Positions 60,094 through 64,000 of a stretch of DNA of 64,000 nt are shown here, piece by piece. Origin of the DNA: Minisyncoccota bacterium (lineage in GTDB: Bacteria; Patescibacteriota; Minisyncoccia; Phycocordibacterales; JABAAK01); assembly GCA_958295675.1 (NCBI GenBank), contig OY282360.1, positions 125,810 to 189,809 on the forward strand. The letters are read 5' to 3'. Below the pieces are notes generated by a model that searched no databases, was not told where the DNA came from, and saw nothing but the letters and a program-made list of their open reading frames with translations. The translations under genes and the position numbers were made by a program. How positions within the stretch are numbered: the stretch's first letter is position 1; each line of letters starts with the position of its first letter.

Positions 60094-62112
60094 TTACTGA
60101 TACAACTCTTTCAGAATTTGGTATTGGGTTTTTCCTCGTTTTTCCTTTGAGTCAACAATCTGCTCTTTCCAGTTGACATCAACCTTATCCAAAATATACC
60201 CGAGTGCCGCACCGGTTGCATAGAGTATTCTGAAACTCAGCGAGTTAGCGCGCGCATCGCTTCCTTTGCTAATAATATCGTCCAGTGTAACGACAAAACT
60301 GAACGATTGTATGCCATAGAGATCAAACGATTGTGTACCTGTCTGCAGATTGGTGAATTTCAGTTCCACATACCTCGCTGTTCCTTCAATCGCTTCAATC
60401 AGCTCCTCTTTTTTCAGTTCAGGGTACGCGCTCATCCTTGCTTCCCGTTTTTGAATATATTGCCTTGCGAGCGCGGGAACATCCTCTTTTGATGCCAGAA
60501 CAAGTGCGTCCAACAGCGCGTACTCTTCTCTCAGTTCGGCGATGTACTCTTCACCGGTCGGATACTGGGCTATAAACCAATCTTGCACAGTTGGATCATC
60601 GTAGACCCAGCCCCGCTGCACATATGTATGAAAAGATTCGTGCAGCAAAAAGTTAGAGAAATCAAGTTTATCACTGTCATCTGTGAACCTATCGTTGTTG
60701 TATTTGAAATAGAAGTAATCGCCTGTTCCGTCACGGAATGAATATGCGCTGTTTTTCTTAAACAAAAAACCGAAGCTAGACGGGAACCATAGCGGCGCGG
60801 ATCCTGAAAAGAATAACGGAACCCGGTACACCGGACCGAAATTGAATGCATCGTCAAACGACACCTTCTTTGCAAATACAATCTTCTCGGCATCCGGATA
60901 CCGTATGAGGTAAGCATACTGCCAAAATGGGGATGTCTCCCTGTTAGTCCGTACCAACACCAGAGGAACTTCGTGAAATGCGTATCCGTCCCATAGTGTT
61001 GCTTCCTGTTCGGCAAACGCATCATGCAGGGCATCCAGTTCATGAAATACCTTTTTATCAATTTCCGGGAAACTCGCATACTGATCTCCCGCGGTAAAAA
61101 ACAGGGTATAGGAATATATGCTATATACAACAATCAAACTGGCAATTACACTAAAAATCACAATGAAGATTTTAGATAACAAGGATATATCAGACGATTG
61201 AATTTTTTCCAAGAATTCTTTTGGCAATCCCTTCACTGTGTTTGTATTTATATACAAATCAACTTTTTGTTTTTGATCATCAAGTAAACTTGTTGATTTT
61301 ACAACAAATATACCGTGTACATACTTCATGTTTTCTGAACAAAATGAGGAATCATAACTGTATTCATTTTTTGTAATTTCAATTTTCGTCTCCTCTCTTG
61401 ATAGTTGCCTACCGTCTTTTTTGGAATAAAGTAAATCCTCAAGGTTTTTATGAGAAAATCCTATTGCCCCAGTATCCCCAAAGATTTCTGTTATATCAAT
61501 GAGAAAAAAATTAAAATCTTCTTCATGACCCGCAATCTTTTTTAGTTGTTTTAGCTTGTTCTGTATAGAGTTTATTATCCTCAGATTTTTGATTTGGTGT
61601 TCTAGATCGCCATCTCTCCCTGTGTAAATTCGCATACGCGAGTAATCAATATTCTGCAAACCACTTTTTCCTTTTTTAGGAGAAACACATTCCACTCTAT
61701 ACTTCTCACCATTGTAGATGAATTCAAAGTCAAATCCACTACTCGGGTGTGATAGGGAACCAAACAGATTGCGAAAAAACAATAATGCCCCAACCTCAGA
61801 ATAAAAAGAAGATAGTTGTCTCAAGAATTCATTAGGATCGGTGCATTTAATCAATGCTTCCAATTCTGAGATACCACCCCACTTAATGTATTCCTTTATT
61901 TTTGGTATAACCTCTTTTTCATATCGATCAAAATGTTTTCCTTTGCCATAATATATATCGTTATATTCTTCATCTGTTGATATTTTTTTAAAGCCGATTA
62001 TCTCGCCTGTAGGATCAGTATCATCAACAATCGGTTTTTTCCAATTTTCAGAATTACTCTTGTGAAACTTCTTGTATTTCTCCAAGAAATTGTTCAATAT
62101 ATCCTCACACAT
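60094..62112 (-). CDS. hypothetical 672-aa protein with a central TM helix and a sharp composition shift between halves
   Basis: Continuous ORF. The N-terminal half (62112 to ~61130) is AT-rich and the C-terminal half is GC-normal. Confidence 0.4.
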   Translation of the reverse strand: MCEDILNNFLEKYKKFHKSNSENWKKPIVDDTDPTGEIIGFKKISTDEEYNDIYYGKGKHFDRYEKEVIPKIKEYIKWGGISELEALIKCTDPNEFLRQLSSFYSEVGALLFFRNLFGSLSHPSSGFDFEFIYNGEKYRVECVSPKKGKSGLQNIDYSRMRIYTGRDGDLEHQIKNLRIINSIQNKLKQLKKIAGHEEDFNFFLIDITEIFGDTGAIGFSHKNLEDLLYSKKDGRQLSREETKIEITKNEYSYDSSFCSENMKYVHGIFVVKSTSLLDDQKQKVDLYINTNTVKGLPKEFLEKIQSSDISLLSKIFIVIFSVIASLIVVYSIYSYTLFFTAGDQYASFPEIDKKVFHELDALHDAFAEQEATLWDGYAFHEVPLVLVRTNRETSPFWQYAYLIRYPDAEKIVFAKKVSFDDAFNFGPVYRVPLFFSGSAPLWFPSSFGFLFKKNSAYSFRDGTGDYFYFKYNNDRFTDDSDKLDFSNFLLHESFHTYVQRGWVYDDPTVQDWFIAQYPTGEEYIAELREEYALLDALVLASKEDVPALARQYIQKREARMSAYPELKKEELIEAIEGTARYVELKFTNLQTGTQSFDLYGIQSFSFVVTLDDIISKGSDARANSLSFRILYATGAALGYILDKVDVNWKEQIVDSKEKRGKTQYQILKELYQ

Positions 62113-62150
62113 AAATGGAAATGCCGTTGCTTGGTTGAGTATCAGGCATG

Positions 62151-62432
62151 TTATTTTTTCTTATTGCGCGGTGGTATATGCTTTTTTATTTCTTGGCGTT
62201 CTAAACGCTCAGCGGCATCTTTAGTTGGTGTTATGCGGTACTGAAACTGTGTTCCTTTCTGAAAACGACCCTTGTGTTCTTCAATTCGGTCATCCAGCCG
62301 ACCACCCTTTGCTTTTCCAATATATAGAACATTGTCTTGAGCATCTTTAATACGGTATACACCCGGTTTATCACCCGGCACACTGGCAAGATTTTTCTTA
62401 TTAATAGGTTGAGTCTTACTAAATATTTTCAT
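62151..62432 (-). CDS. GIY-YIG nuclease-domain protein
   Basis: PGVYRIKD...VLYIGKA GIY-YIG core. Confidence 0.6.
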   Translation of the reverse strand: MKIFSKTQPINKKNLASVPGDKPGVYRIKDAQDNVLYIGKAKGGRLDDRIEEHKGRFQKGTQFQYRITPTKDAAERLERQEIKKHIPPRNKKK

Positions 62433-62719
62433 CAATAGTAGCGTAGCACATTTACTGCACAATTTTCCTTTCAGGTGGTCACAGGTTGGTGCCGTTCAGG
62501 CGATTATACTTGCTCAAATTATAGCACGGAAGTTGAAAGGGTATTTTGAGAACAACACGCCTGTTTCGTATGGCACATCATGTTTATCATCAAGAGACAT
62601 ATTTGCACCAGGTTGGCTGTTGTGCTTCCAAGGAAAATCAAGTTTTCACCTGCTGTTGAATATACTGCATACACCATTTTAACTCACAGCATTCCCATTA
62701 ATATGTTCAATCATATACT

Positions 62720-63616
62720 TTAAAAACTATCAATATTCAGTTCCATTTTATTTTTATATCCTATAGTATGCTTCCGCATTAACTCAATAAGCCGGTGACC
62801 ATTGATGAGTGTAATAAGATGTTCGTTTCCCAGATTCTCCGCTTTCTTGGAAAAATCGGAGGTGGTGATAAATACAGCCTTTTCCGCACTCTTAGCTTTG
62901 ATTGCACCGAGAAAGTCTCTAATAACCTTTTCTTGTATCTTATTATCCTTATTGAACCGTTTTGCCTCCATGACCACCTTAAACTTTACAAACTCGATTT
63001 CTATGTACCCTACACCATCCACCCCACCATCCCGGGTCTTTTGTGTTTCCTCCATTTTCCCTCCCATCGCCTTGAGTAGTTGGATGCATAACCTTTCAAA
63101 ATTAAGCGGTTCCATTTTCCTAATTTTCTCCAAATCACCCTCTATTCCGTCATCATCTTCAATGGTGATATCTTCTAAATCTGGAAGAGGTTGATTGTCT
63201 TTTTGTCTTGCCACCCTTTGCTCTTCAAGGTACTGATCGATTATCGGTGTCATCTCATCCCTAAGATTTTTCGCTTCAGTATATTTGCCATCTCCTTCTA
63301 GAAGTTTTACCACCTCCTCTCCTTTCTTTGAAAGGTACCAGTATCCTTTCTCCCTAAATTCTTTCGGTTCAATATGATTTGTTGTTCTCAGACGAGACAT
63401 GGTGAACCGAACCGCTTTTTCAAATACAAGGTCCTTGTTTTTACCAGACCTCTTTTCTAGCACTTCTTCTGTCAAACCCATCAGAGTACCGACCCTTGCA
63501 ATAACTTTGGTGCCATGAGCACCACCACCCTCCTTATGGAGTGCATATATTAGATAGGGATATATGGTTTCATATGACGGCATTTCATTTATATCCAAAT
63601 TGTTATCAAACAGCAT
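62720..63616 (-). CDS. Mrr-like Type IV restriction endonuclease (Mrr_N winged helix + Mrr_cat)
   Basis: C-terminal GGVDGVGYIE...VMEAKRF...FITTSDFS catalytic-domain pattern. Confidence 0.7.
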   Translation of the reverse strand: MLFDNNLDINEMPSYETIYPYLIYALHKEGGGAHGTKVIARVGTLMGLTEEVLEKRSGKNKDLVFEKAVRFTMSRLRTTNHIEPKEFREKGYWYLSKKGEEVVKLLEGDGKYTEAKNLRDEMTPIIDQYLEEQRVARQKDNQPLPDLEDITIEDDDGIEGDLEKIRKMEPLNFERLCIQLLKAMGGKMEETQKTRDGGVDGVGYIEIEFVKFKVVMEAKRFNKDNKIQEKVIRDFLGAIKAKSAEKAVFITTSDFSKKAENLGNEHLITLINGHRLIELMRKHTIGYKNKMELNIDSF

Positions 63617-64000
63617 GATAATTGTAGTATATCAAAGAATGTAAAGGAAATCCATTCGTGAAAGCTCCTGTCGGAGAGATTTATGGTTGCGAAGCATAGG
63701 GGCGATAAACTGAATGGGAAAAACGATTGGCGATTGGACGTATGGCAATTTTTCCCGTTAATACTTAAAACTAAGATACACACTTGCTTTCGCTAATATC
63801 TTGTTCCTATTCTCGTTCTTTAAAGAAAGAGTGTAATTTGCGACAATTTCTTTTCAGTTCGTTACGGTTATTGAATTTCCCATCATGAAGAAATTGATTT
63901 GCAAAATTACCAAGTTGAAGAACTGTATTCTTACAAATGTTCACCGCTTTACGTTCTTCAATGAGCCAAAAGCCAACAACAAGAATAAGAGCTGCAACGA

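Noticed and set aside
60570-61133. Minus-strand 187-aa ORF in another frame inside 60094..62112
   Set aside because: It is nested in a longer continuous ORF and has an Arg/Cys-rich, non-protein-like composition.
63885-64000. Partial plus-strand ORF running off the window end
   Set aside because: It is truncated and cannot be evaluated.

Overview
The window reads as a low-GC, CPR/Parcubacteria-like bacterial chromosome segment. The main blocks, in order: (1) A long plus-strand ribosomal-protein superoperon (tuf, then the S10 and spc blocks, then secY-adk-map-ndk). rpmD (L30) is absent, and several r-proteins carry lysine-rich extensions. Two unusual inserts sit inside the operon. One is a ~450-bp structured spacer between rplB and rpsS. 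The other is a ~1-kb antisense insert between rplE and rpsN, carrying two promoter / small-membrane-protein / terminator cassettes. (2) infC-rpmI-rplT on the minus strand. A thiol-disulfide set follows (2 DsbA-like proteins, a lipoprotein, CcdA). secE-nusG-rplK comes next, with a dCMP-deaminase-like gene where rplA would be expected. (3) A Liv-type ABC transporter, a nucleotidyltransferase, an M23 peptidase, and a GC-rich secreted protein containing a perfect ~294-bp tandem duplication. (4) An ABC-F ATPase, uppP, tRNA-Thr, a DUF2779-like nuclease, two type IV pilin-like genes, ligA, a GC-rich orphan ORF and gatCA. (5) An AT-rich accessory/defense region beginning exactly at the 3' end of a tRNA-Met(CAT). 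It starts with a UvrD-like SF1 helicase, then a tightly packed operon with no HsdR subunit in the window. The operon is a fused HsdR_N + HsdM-like N6-adenine methyltransferase, then an OLD-family ATPase-TOPRIM nuclease, then HsdS. Downstream are a MauE/DoxX-like membrane protein, a Type II RM pair (beta-class MTase + HNH endonuclease), a zeta-toxin-like P-loop kinase and a Panacea-domain antitoxin with a RelE/ParE-like partner. Two distinct direct-repeat families partition this stretch into cassettes. After a GC-normal lipoprotein and nagZ, a second AT-rich block carries PD-(D/E)xK-like, GIY-YIG and Mrr-like nuclease genes. The strongest candidate for a new system is the interleaved UvrD-like / HsdM / OLD-like / HsdS locus, which reads like a Type I MTase core whose restriction function is supplied by Gabija-like components. 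All functional calls rest on motif recognition by eye; no database searches were run.
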